This document shows positions 39,904-52,400 of a DNA stretch of 64,000 nt, piece by piece. This DNA is from Yuukianura sp. NJ FZ-2021 (lineage: Eukaryota), in assembly GCA_046563655.1 (NCBI GenBank), contig CM102287.1, positions 10,354,001 through 10,418,000 on the forward strand, in the 5' to 3' direction. Each line of letters starts with the position of its first letter. The stretch's first letter is position 1. The notes beneath the pieces were generated by a model. It did no database searches. It had not been told where the DNA came from and saw only the letters and a program-made list of their open reading frames with translations. A program made the position numbers and the translations under genes.

Positions 39904-40481
39904 CTATAATTTCAAAACAAATTAAATTAACACAAATCAAATTAGACAATTAAAATGTTTACCTGTACTGGTTGATTTTCAAAAAAGAAAAAGTGAAGAA
40001 GGTCATGCAGCATGCAATTGAAAACGGAAGTGCAGTGATTTGAGAATTGGGACAGACCAAGACAGAATTAAAGTTTGGCACTTTGCACAGCTTTATTTCC
40101 ACAAAAAAAGTTGGAAAGAGCAAAGAAGGACAAATTACAAATCAAACAGAAAGAAAGTTAAGAAAAGAAACTTAAATTTTTAAAAAAGTTTAAAAAAAAA
40201 GAGTTTTAGAAGAAGTGACAACCTAGTTCTTAAATATCTCAACATTCCACCGTCGCTTCTCGCCTAATTTACCCCGTCTTGTACAAATATGTAAAAAGTA
40301 TTTGTAAGTAAATTAGTCTCGTTACAAAATTACAAAAATTGCTTAAAAATGTCTAAAAGTCTAACAAATTCCTAATTTCTAAAAATTTTCTAAATTTCTA
40401 GAAAATCTAAATCAGACCGTACATAAAGTTATTAAAAAATGTTCAAAAACTTACAAATTAATTGAATTCAAAATTGAGTTT

Positions 40482-43400
40482 CTAAAATCTAAGACTCTCC
40501 GTTCTCAAGGGCAAATGATTTTGAATTTGTGTTTGGATCCAGTTTCCTTCTGAATAAGAGTAAGAGTCGTCCAGTTGCACTTGACCTCTGACCTCGCCCA
40601 CAAAGAAGGTGGGCACAACTTGAACTTTGACCTTGCTGGCCTCAATGTCTCTCCTCTTCCTTCCTTCGGAAACTGTCGTAATGGTGGACACCACTGTGCT
40701 AAATTCTCCCGGCGTTTTGCCCGACACAAAAAGAGTGACGAGAGTCGGAATGGAACTGGCTTCTCTTTCTTCCACTCTGGTCGCCTCAACTTGAACTTTT
40801 TGCTGCTGTTGAGCAAGTTGTTGCTGCAAAAGTCCTTGGAGCAAGGCCGGATTCAAATTTAACGCAGGAAGTTGCGGCATGATCTGCGTCTGCGTCGCAG
40901 CAGGGATGACGGAGGACTCTGTGATGAATTCAGTTGCAGTTAGAACGTTCACTTGACTTTCTACAATTGTGGATTTGATTGGTTTGCCATGCAGAGTGAG
41001 TGGGACGATGGTGGAAGTGTAGTCTGTGATTGTGGTCACATAAGTGGTTGTTTTGGTGCTGAAAATGGTCTGCGCAGACGCAGGATCTCCATTATTACTC
41101 ATGAGTTGCTGCATATTCTGTTGCTGCTGGAGTCCCGCCAGGTTCAAACTGCCCAGAAGTTGGCTCAGGAGGAGATTCGTCAGTTGATTGTTGTCTCCCG
41201 GAGAAGAAGTGAGCATGTTAATTCCAATTGTGCTCACTGTGGGGTCAATTGTGTAGTAATGTGTAGAAAGTACATGAGAAAACGAAGTTTTTCTGCCGCG
41301 AATTGTAGTTGGAGTGAACGTAACTGTTGTAGTTGGGACTTCTTTGATGATAAACCGAGTCACTTCTCCGCCAAATCCAACCGAAGGAGTAGAAGTCACT
41401 TGAGAATTGAGCACTCTAACTTCTTGTCCATTTTCAATAAAGTTCGTATATTCATAAGGACTGAGGACTTGTACACTTGGACTCGGCACAAACAAAGTTT
41501 TAAATTCCGTACTTTTTCCATTGACGACTGAAACTGTCGTTTCCGATGGAACGAAATGTGTCACAGTCAAAATAGTTTTGGCTCTCTCTGTTGGTTTTTC
41601 ATAGTAAATACTTTGTTCTTCAAACACTCCGCGATTTCTGACAGCCGAAAATCTTGATTTGGGTTTTGAAGTTGTAGTTTTGTGATTCTGGTTTCTACTT
41701 GACTTGAATCTGGAAGTAGTTCTGGAAGTAGATGGTGGATTTGTGGTAAACGATTCTTGTCGATATCTGGACGTCATGCGACGGCTGTTGAGCAAAGCAG
41801 CATTTGAGGATGGACGAACACTTCGTGGAGTAGTTTGTGGAGGGAGGAGTGTAAAGGGAGTTTGACGAGACGAGGCAAAAGAGGGAGAAATGGAAGATTG
41901 GAGTCTTGCTCGGAAGCGACTTGCTGCCCGGGAGTTTGTGGGTTTAGGAGTAGTTGTGGTTGGGATGTCGTCATAGTAGTAATCGTCATCGTCTGCGTCA
42001 CGTGAGTCAACGTCTGAAGAAGAAAGAGGAAAGTTAGACTTGACTGCTCGTCTAAAATTAGTTCTAAGAATTTCTGCTCTAGAACGAGACTTTTCAACTT
42101 GCCTCGTAAACCTCCGATGCAGAAGGGAGCTCCCAACTGCTTCGTCAGAGTAAACTTCGTAGGAATCGTAAGGACTTCGGACGGTTTCGAAAAATTCGGA
42201 TCCGGAATCGACTAAATCCGGTTCGTCCGGTTCGTCAATTGCAAGATGATCTGAATGTAGAGCAGAATCTCCAGGGATTTCCAGTCTCTCTGCTACATTT
42301 TTAGTTTCGTCTAAATTGAGTTCTTCTTCACTTTTTTCTGTGGTAGGTGGACCACGAACGAGAGCCCTTGAAGGGAACCCTTGCGGCCTTGCTCTGGGGG
42401 CAAAAGATCTTCGAGTTGTTGTTTTTGGAGGAGGTGCTGGTGTGGTAGTCAATTGACGATTTTGAGGTAGTGGTCTCGGATTTGGAGAAGGCGGTGGACT
42501 ATTTCTGTTTCCAGAAACTGGTTTCCTGTTGGCCAACAAACTTTTCAAACTGGGTTTTCCTGTTGTTGTTGATGGAGCAACTGTAGTGGAAGTTGGCTGT
42601 TCTGCCTGATTTGTGTTTCCTTGCTCTTCATCTTCTGCTTCATCATCTTCTTCTGTTGCTTCTGTCGTCGAAGGCGGAGCTCTCGTTGGAAGCGTCGGAC
42701 GAGTAAAATTTTTCCGGGGTCTGGAAGGTGTTGTGGATTTTTCTGTTGTTGTGGTGCTAAGGAGATGCTGGACGTTCAGTTTCGGATTGAGTCTAAACCG
42801 ATTATTTCCAAACCGATTTCCTGTTGCTCCTGTTGTTGTTTTGGGCACTTCTGTTGTTCCTTCTTCCTGTTGCTGTCGCACTTCCTGTTGTTGTTCTTCT
42901 TCTTCAACAGGAGGCGGCAGAGTTGTTACTACTGCAGTAGAAGAAGCAACGATACTTGGTCTAGCTGGAGCCACACTTCCGCGCGGTCTCAGAGAAAATC
43001 TGCTTGAAAGTCCTCTAGCACTGCTACTTGGCCTTGATGGAGAAATTGACACGGATCTGGCCGAAGTTTGTCGAGGAGCAACAGGATTTCTGCTGGCAAC
43101 AGGATTCGTGCTGGCAACAGGATTTGTTGCTGCCGATGGTTTTTGAAATCGACTTCTTCCGGCAAAAGTGGGAAGTTTTGGAGTTGGTACTGCAGAAGAA
43201 GGAGCAGAGTTTTCTTTGTCTTCTGCATTGGGTCTTCTGAATCTCGGTCTATTTTGAAGTGGAAGACGAGTTGAAGTTGGGGCCAAAGTGGCTGTGACTG
43301 TTGGAGTCACTTCTTCTCTGCTTACAATTACAGCAGCAGTTGCTTCTTTTTTCTTGGGAGTGAATGTTGGTCTACTTCTGGAAGCAAATGGAGTGATGAA

Positions 43401-46400
43401 TGGCGTAAAAGATTTTGAAGTTGGTGCAGAAACGCTCACTCTTGGCCGAATTCCAGCCCTTCCTGGAAGGCGTCTCAGTGGATTAACTTCTGCCGCGCCT
43501 TCAGTCGTTGTGGACGTTGTTGTAGTCGTTTCTTCATTTTCAGAACTTGTCAACGGTTTTTCGGAACTTGCAAGCATCGTTTCTGCCAGTACAGTTTCTG
43601 CAACCGGCGGAAGAATAAGTGGTTCGGTTGGAGTGATGACGTACCTCGTAGTGCTTTCAATGATTTGTCCATATTGATTGTCAATCACAGTTCCATAGAT
43701 GCTGGAAGTGTAAAAAGTAGTTTTGTCTCCCTGGACAAGCGATCCATCAATGACCCGTACTAAACCCGTTTTCTGTACATCTTCAGTTCCAGCATCCGAA
43801 ATCCTGGAGACGCTGGAACTGCTGGAGATGATTTGTGCATATTTTCCATCAATGAGACTGCCGATGGTTGCTGTTTGGTAAAAAGTGGTGGCTCCTCCAT
43901 CTCCATCCACTGTTTTTCCCTGATTCACCCCAATTAGTCCAGTGATACTTTCGGTTTCATCTGGAATGAACTTGGTAAGGGCAATGTTTGTGGGTTTGAT
44001 GACTCTGGAGGTGGATTCGAGTACTTGAGCATAGATTCCATCAATATAAGTGCCATACACATCAGTCAAGTACTCTGTTGTAGTGGAATCAACAACTTCT
44101 CTGTTTGTGACTGTAGACAGGAGACCAACTGGAAGTGTTTCCATTTCAACTAAATCTTGGTCTGGAACGGCGCTCCCAACGGCTCTCGCCTGATTTTCAA
44201 CTGACGAAGATGCTGGAGATTCAGTTGCAGAAGGAGTTCCACTAACTACGTTTGTCACAGTCTCCAACCGCGAGTTCACAATCGTCTCATCTCCAATGTA
44301 ACTCGAAGTAAAGTAAGTGTACTGGAATTTAAAAAAAAATGAAATTTTAGAACCCTAAAAATCAACTTTAAAAAAAAACTTTAAAAATGTGTTTCTTGAG
44401 GAGAACGCCATTTCATCGAATGAATTGCAACGAAGTGAATTACTCCGAAACCAATTACAACGATAAGTGAATTACCCCCGAAGCGAATTACAACGATATT
44501 AGATTAGGTTAGGCTAGAATATATTAGATTAGGTTAGGATAAGATTTCTTAGACTATAATATATTAGATTAGGTTAGGATAAGATTTGTTAGGCTAGAAT
44601 ATATTAGATTAGGTTAGGATAAGATTTGTTAGGCTAGAATAGGCCTATTAGATTGTAATTTAACTTTCGTTGTAATTTGTTTCGAAGAAACTCATTCGGG
44701 GTAATTCGCTTCGTTGTAATTCATTCGGTGAAATGGCATGGAACCGTTTCTTACAGTGGTAAAATAAGTAGTGAGTTCCATTTCCGGTTCTTCAGTTTGA
44801 GCAGCCCCTTGCAACTCCATTTTCTTTGGTTCTCTCTGCAGCGGTTCTTCAGTTTGTTTCACTTGAATTGAGTCCACATCAGCCGTACTTGGACTGATGT
44901 CGTCCATTCCAGGAGTGACCACATTCGAAATCGTTTCTTCCCGCGAAGTTACAATCGTACTCTCTCCCTTGAAATGCGTCGTCCAATAAGTAAACTACAA
45001 AGTGAAAAAAAAAGCCAAATTAATTCCTAAAAAATCAAAACTCTACTTTTCAAAATTGTAGTATTAAAATTACCGTTGTGAGGTAAGTGATTGGGAAAAC
45101 AGGGAAGTCAGTGTCAGTTGCTTCTTCTGTTTCTGTTCCATCTGAAACTACGTTAGTTACAGTTTGGAGGCTAGTTGCGACTGAGGATGTTCCTCCTTTG
45201 TAGTAAGTTGTGAAGAAGGAGAAAGTAGTAAAGAGCGTCTTGAGTGCTGGAGTGGGTTCAGCTGAACTATCAACTTCCTGCAACTCCTGTTCGTTGTACA
45301 CTGATCGATCAGTTGGCATTTCTGAACTCTCCAATTCATAGTAGTCGGGTGGTTCTTGGTGGGACGTGGGTTCAGAAGTTTCGCTTAAACTGGATCCACC
45401 TTCACTCAAATCCTCAACTGAGTGGGAACCCACTGAAGATGGCGCAGTTTGAATTGAAACTGACGAAGGTTGGATGCTGGCTGAGACTGTGGATCGCATT
45501 ACAGTTGGAACTACGTTGGTGATAACTTCAATTCGACTGCGAGTCGACGCTTCAGCGCCATTGAACAGCGTTGAAAAGTAGCTGAAAAATAAAAAAGATA
45601 AGAACTTAGTTTGGAAACTTTTACAATGTTTTCTTAAATTCCTTAAAAAATCAGCGCCTTTTTACAACAATTTACTTAGCAAGTATAATTTTTTACGTGT
45701 AAGTGGTGAAGAACGTTTTGAGAACTGTGTGCTCGATGACGGATGGAAGTTTTGCACTGGATTCTTTTTGTTTCTTGAAGTCCACATTCCTCAGAGCAAT
45801 TGGTTGGGATTCAAGTGGAGAAGCTGTTGGTTTCACTTGAGAAATCGCTGATACCGCTGCAGAGGATGGACTGAGTTGCGTAATTGTGGAAACAGAAGAA
45901 ATGATTTCCTCCCGACTGGACACACTGCTCGTTTCTCCAGTGAAAAATGTCGTCAAATACGTAAACTACAAAACACAAAAATCCAAATTATGCATTTCCT
46001 TCTTTACTTTTCAAAATTAAATAAATTCTTTCTTTAAAATTTTCAAAAAGTGAAGAAACTTACCGTTGTAAAATACGTTTTGTAGAAAGTAGGCGTGTAA
46101 TTCTCCTCTTCATCATCTTCATAACTAACCGGAAGTTGTGTGTCCGTCGCTTCTACTTTCGGTTGAACCGTGGCCGTCGGAACGACGGAACTAAACGTTT
46201 TCTTGACGAAACCCACGGCAGTGCTCGTCACTTCCCTCGAAATGATTGAAGACACGGTGGAATCTTCTTTAGGAATGAAGTAGGTCGTGAAGTAAGTGTA
46301 AGTTCGGAATACCGTCGTCGGAACAGTTTTCGTCACGTAAATCGTCTGTTCTGCTTCTGGTGTCGTTTGTTCTGTCACTTCTTCTGGAACTGAAGCCACT

Positions 46401-49400
46401 TTCGGAGTAGTTGTGGTTGGTTCTTCCTTGAATTTCTCAGTCGTTGGTTTTTCCAGTGTCGAGTCCACTTTCTTGTCCTCAACAATTATTTGTTCGTGCG
46501 GTCTTCCAGCAACTTTTCTCGCTCGCTCAATTTCGTTTAGTGCTTCATCCAAATCTTCTTTTTGGATGTTGATCGGAAGTGAAGTTGTTGTTGGATCTTC
46601 TTCCTCAGAATTTGAACTTCCCCGGGTCGTTGTGGTTACTGGCGCTTCAGTTTCAGCTTCTTTTGGAGTCGTCACAACTTCCGGTTTCTTAGGAGTCGTC
46701 ACAACTTCCGGCTCTCTTGGTGTTGTCACAACTTCGGGCTTCTTTGGCGTCGTCACAACTTCTACTTCTCTTGGCGTCGTTAAAATTTCAGCTTCCTTTG
46801 GCGTAGTCGTTGCAATTTCTTCTTCTTTTGTGGTCGTTACAACTTCTGTTGTGCTTGAAGTAACTCTGACTTCTGCCCTTTCAAAGGGAGTCGTCTCTTC
46901 TTCTGGATTGGACGTCGTCACTTCAAACGTATAAGAAAATACTGGCTCCTGAGTTGTAGGAATGATGCTGGACAGAACTGGAACTGGTGTGGGAGCGATG
47001 AAGAGTGGAGTTGGTTCCAGTGTTTGTGAAGGCTGGAAGAAGACAGTTGAAGTTGACTTGATCACTTGAGCATAGGAGCCATCAATGTAAGTTCCAATCA
47101 CAAGTGAAGTTACGAGTGTCGTTGTGGAATCTTTCACAAAAGATCCGCCGATGGACGAAACAAGTCCGGTAGGATTGATTTTATCTTTTTGAAAAACTGC
47201 AGTTTCCAGTCGTGGTGTTGTTTCCAGTGGTTCAATGCTTCTGCTTGAAAATTGAACTTTAGGACTAAATAGTGGTGTGGGTTTGGGAAATTCCAGAAAC
47301 ATTGTTGCTGGAGTGGTAGGTTTGAGTGTGCTGAAAAGTGTTTCTCTCCCGGACAGTAGAACTGTTGTTTCTTTTGGAATTTCGGATTCTGGTTTTTTCT
47401 TGGTGAATTTCGGCCTTGGAATTACTGGTGGTGGTTTGGGAGTTGTAATTTCAATAATTTCTGGAACAGTGACAATTTCTGGAACAGTGACAACTTCCGG
47501 TTTCTTTGGAGTTGTGACTGGAGGAAGATCTTGTTCAGTTGTAGTGAGGTAAGTGTATCTCGTTGGATCCACACTCACGGATTTAGTAGCACTCGCATGG
47601 ATGCTCAAATCTTCCAACATTCTTGTCCTCGGCATAAACACAATCACTAAAAAAAGCAAAAATCTTTATCAAATCCAATTTTTGTTTGATTTTTCGATTT
47701 TTTTTTCAAAATGCCTCACCTGTATTTCCGACTGTGGTTGTGAAATCTGCAAATCCGACATAAGTCACTGTCGCATGTCCATTGGATGCTGCCGACATCA
47801 AATCATTCGATTCCATCTCCCTGTCCCTTCCACTCACATCGAAATCTCTTAAATCCGAAAAAGTTTTCGGTTTTCTTGAAAACTGTAGTGGACTCTGAAT
47901 TTTGGCTGGTCCCGTGGCTTTCGTTCCCTTTTGAAACACTGGTTGTCTCTGTTTCATGTCTTGACCTCTGACCCCGGCCGTAGTCGATTCAACTGTGATC
48001 TCCTCATCTGAATTCGTTGTAGCTTCAAAGTAACTTCTAGGAGACTCACCGCCATCTTGACCCACTGTGTACCTCGGCAAATTCATATTAAATTGTGGCC
48101 GATTCTCATTTTCTGACTCAGTTTTCTCCATTTCCGCTTGAGCTGACAACGCTTTCGCTGCTCGGCCTCTCGGAACTTCATTTTCCTCTGGTCGAACCGT
48201 GGACTGATCCAGCAACAGTGGGCGTGGTTTTTCAAAAACAGGACGTGGGGGGTTCTCCGGGGCAGGACTCTTGTTTTCTGAAATGACACGAACGTTGACT
48301 TTTGATTTGGAAGTTGATACTTTTCGAATGTCTCTGTCCATAGTAACTGTAACTGCGGCAATTCTGGAGTCATGCGGAGTAGGAAGTTCGTTTGGCGTGG
48401 CTCCCTCTACTGTAATCAAGTCGTCTCTGTTCTCTGATCCTTCTATTTCGACCATGACCCCTTCAACGGGTTGTCCGTCCAGCGTCGTGTCAATTGTCGT
48501 TCTCTCTTTTGTTCCAGGCACAATCAGTTTCAGATTCTGTCTCATGTCAACCACTAAATGATCTCTCTGCCTTCCGTTCTCAACAACTATGGTCTGCTGC
48601 TGATCTTCGGTGGGACTGGAGGGATTGAGAGCAGTATTTCCAAAGAAAAAGAGGAAAGTTTGGTCTCCTTGCAGATAAGTTCCAGTGAAAACGTTGTAAG
48701 TTTTGTCTCCAGCAACAAACTCTCCGTGTGTCCCAGTCACTTCAACGTCATTGTCATTCAGCCGGAAGGAAACTGGAGCCACCTCTTGCCCAGAATTTCC
48801 AAACATTCCGTCCAATCTTCTGGGGAATTCTTCACTTTTCGGAAATTCTTTGCTGTTTCTCGATAATTCTTCACTTTTCGGAGATTCTTTGCTGTTTCTC
48901 GGAAATTCTTCACTTCTCGGAAATTCTTCTCTGCTTCTGGGATATTCCTCTGAACTTATCGGAATTTCTTCACTTCCAGGGTTGACCAGAATTCTTCCGA
49001 ATCTGCCGTTGTTGTTGTGCTGGATGAGTGGTGGATTTGAATCTAAGGTCATGAGGTCATCAATTGGAATGTAGACCGGAGTTGGATATATTTTCCCAGT
49101 TTCTTCAGATTCTGGAGAAGAGGCTGATGGTTCAATGGAATCCGTGTACCATGGGGGGTAGATGACGTTGGAGTATTTGCTCATCTGCTGTGCATAAGTA
49201 TTGTCAATGTACGTTCTGTAGAAGTCTGTCGTGTGAACCGTGGTTGCATAACCATTCACTTCCGTGGAGAGTGCAGAAGTGATGAATCCAGTTGGTTTGA
49301 TTTCTGGTAGAGATGCTGTGGGCAGAGCAGCGTAGATTCTGGAAGTGGTCGTGAGGATGCGTGCATAAGTCCCTTTGAGGTAAGTGGCAATGAGTTTCGT

Positions 49401-52400
49401 AATGTACTCTGTTGTGGTTCCAGATACTTGGAAACTGCCCATCGTCGTCGTGAGAACTCCGACAGGTCTCGTTCTGCCTCTTTCTCCCTCGAAAAACGTA
49501 GTGGTGGCCCCTCCATTCGTGACCCTCAGCAGTTCTAATGTCAAAGGTCATTCAAAAGAGACAGAGAAGAGGGAAGAGGTCAGTTGATGTGCATTGACAG
49601 TCAAAGTAAGTGCATTAGTTTAAAGTGTCAAGTGCTTTATGGAAAGTACTCTCAAGTTCTAAATTTTAAAATAATGTTTCAATGTTTGAAAGGAAGTGTT
49701 GTGCGTGTGAGAACGCCAGAGGCTGTGTGTGACCAAATAGGATAGTTGGAATGGAGATCGTGTGAAATTAAGTGGGTACTAGTGGGAAGTAGGTCTGTGG
49801 TGGACATGGGACGGTGGGACGATGGTCTGCTCCAAATGTAAACAATGGGCTTTGGTCCCCATTTGTCGGAACAACGGAAGATGGGCAGGAGGTGTGAGTG
49901 TGCCAAGGGGGCTGTCATTTACACTCCACTTCAACAATCAATCCAGTTTCTCTCTAATTTCACTCACAAAAAATTCACAAATTCAAAATTGACCAATTCA
50001 AATTGTAATAGAAACAATCAGAGCAACACAAAGGAATACAAATTCAGTTTCATCTTTACAAATCTCTCATCCAAATTCTAATCAATCCCTCACAAAGCAC
50101 AATTAGTTATGCTCCTTAAATGTAAATTAGACCAATTCTGGCAATGATTTTATGGTTAAATTTCAAAAAGTGGGGATGTTTCCAGTGATTGACTTATTTT
50201 GTTAACTTTGTAAATCTGCAGTCTGGCAATGATTTTACGGCGAAATTACAAGTAGTAGGGAGACTTGCAGGGATGGATTTTTGTTAACTTTATATAGCTG
50301 TGTCCTGGCAATAATTTTATGGTAAAATTATCAACAGTAAGGAAACTTCCAGTGGTGGATCTTTGTTAATTTTGTACAGCTGTGTCAATGACTTTATGGT
50401 AAAATTGCAAACAGTGGGGAGATTTGCAGTGGTGGATTTTTGTTAATTTCGTATAGCTGTGTTCTGGCAATGACTTTATGGTTAAATTACAAACAGTGGG
50501 GATATTTGCAGTGGTAGATTTCTGTTAACTTTATATAGCTGTGTCCTGGCAATAATTTTATGGTAAAATTATCAACAGTAAGGAAACTTCCAGTGGTGGA
50601 TTTTTGTTATTTTTGTACAGCTGTGTTCTGGCAATGACTTTATGGTAAAATTGCAAACAGTAAGCAAACTAGCAGCGGTGGATTTTTGTTAATTCCGTAT
50701 AGCTGTGTTCTGGCAATAACTTTATGGTTAAATTACAAACAATGGGGAGATTTGCAGTTTTGGATTTTTATTAGTTTTGAACCACTATAGTTTGAATATG
50801 CCAGTTAAACTTTTTCCCAGATGGAATGTAATTTTTATTACAGAATTTTTTTTTTTGAAGAAATGTATGTTGGGCTTATTTGAAAAGAGGTCAGAGGTCA
50901 TCCACCAGATAAAACAAAGATTATTATGAGTGGGAATGTTCAAAGCGCATGCCAAGCAGGAAGTGAATTTAAATCCCACAAGTACATAAGTTAAAGTTGT
51001 AAAGCATCAAGTGGGAAGTTGCTAGGGAACTGAAGCTGTGAAGCTTAAGAACTAAGAAGCGCTAAAGATTCCGCTCGTGGCAAGTAGGTGATGGTGGGAT
51101 TTAGTTTTAATTAGCAAACTCCCCTCCTAAGTCCACTACAAATCCAATTAAACTTTCACAATCACACCCATCACTCACCCCCTCGCATCTTCTCACGAAC
51201 CAACTTTCTACCAACCCCTCGGCACAACTCAAATTCAAATTAATTATGAACTTAAAAATTCAGTTTTTTCAATTTTAAAAAATGATGAGTGGATGAGTGT
51301 CTGAGTAAAGGAATAGTAAGAGAACCGGTTTTTGGTGGGAACTGTGTAAATGAAAGGGAGTAAGAAGAGAAATTGTTGCTGGGTGAGTCGTAAGCGTCCA
51401 CACTTTCCCTAGAACACTTTCCACTCTGACACTTGATCCTCATTCAAACTCACCTGAAACTGCGCCTCTCTTCGTCCTTTCCACGCACCCTCCCAAGTCC
51501 CATTGACCTACAATCCAAACAATCCACAACAAATCAATCAATCCAATCTAACATCAGGGAGCCACTAATCACCCAAAGCACATCAGCATCAATTTTCATT
51601 TTCACTTTCAAACCGTCTTTAGATTCTTTTCCATAGCATGGGAAGGTTCCCCTCTTCGCTTCAAAAGACGCCCTTCCCACTCCAAAATTATTTACGGAAA
51701 ACGATTGGAAATGGCTTGAAATGGCGTAAAAAGTGTAAAGGACCAAAAAAAATTGGAAAATTGTAGATCCATCCAGTTTGAAACTTAAAAAAAATTTTTG
51801 TTTTGACGATTGGAGCTGGCTTGAAACGTCGTTAAAAGTGAAAAGCAATAAAAACAAAACAAAAATCAGAATTAAATATACTAAAAGTAAGATTACTTTC
51901 ACTCTCTGCAGTCAGCACGTAGGCTTCCTCTAATTAATTGGGGAATTGGACTTTCTCCAACAAATAAAATAAGAATGTGGCTGATTACCTTGTTCATCTG
52001 AGGCATCTTGGCAGTCTCTGATTCCATTGTTAACTAATTTGCGGTCTACGCATCGTGGAACGCCACAGAGGCACTTGACCTCTGACTCTCCACACTCTGC
52101 AACAAAATTCAATTCATTTAGTTCATCTGTAGAATTGTAAAGAGAAGAGAGGTTGTTCACACTGTGTGTGCCCATTAATTAGGTCACTCAACCACCTTAA
52201 GTAACGAGTCTATGGGAAAAGCATAGTGCGAACAGAATGCAGTTAGACAATTAACACCACCCACACATCTCCCCAAACACACCGCAACTATTCGGCAACC
52301 ACCGTTAACTCACCCTCTCACCAATTAACATCTTACTATTAATACACTCATACTCAAGTGCTTATCTAACTTGTTGTCCACTGTCCAAGTGACCCACATC

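Noticed and set aside
44495..44650. True telomere or telomerase RNA template
   Set aside because: TTAGG occurs only as short doublets within a 40-bp unit inside an intronic inverted-repeat element.
32291..49587. Numerous plus-strand and alternate-frame ORFs over the mucin exons
   Set aside because: Shadow ORFs of low-complexity Thr/Pro/Gln coding sequence, with no independent gene structure.
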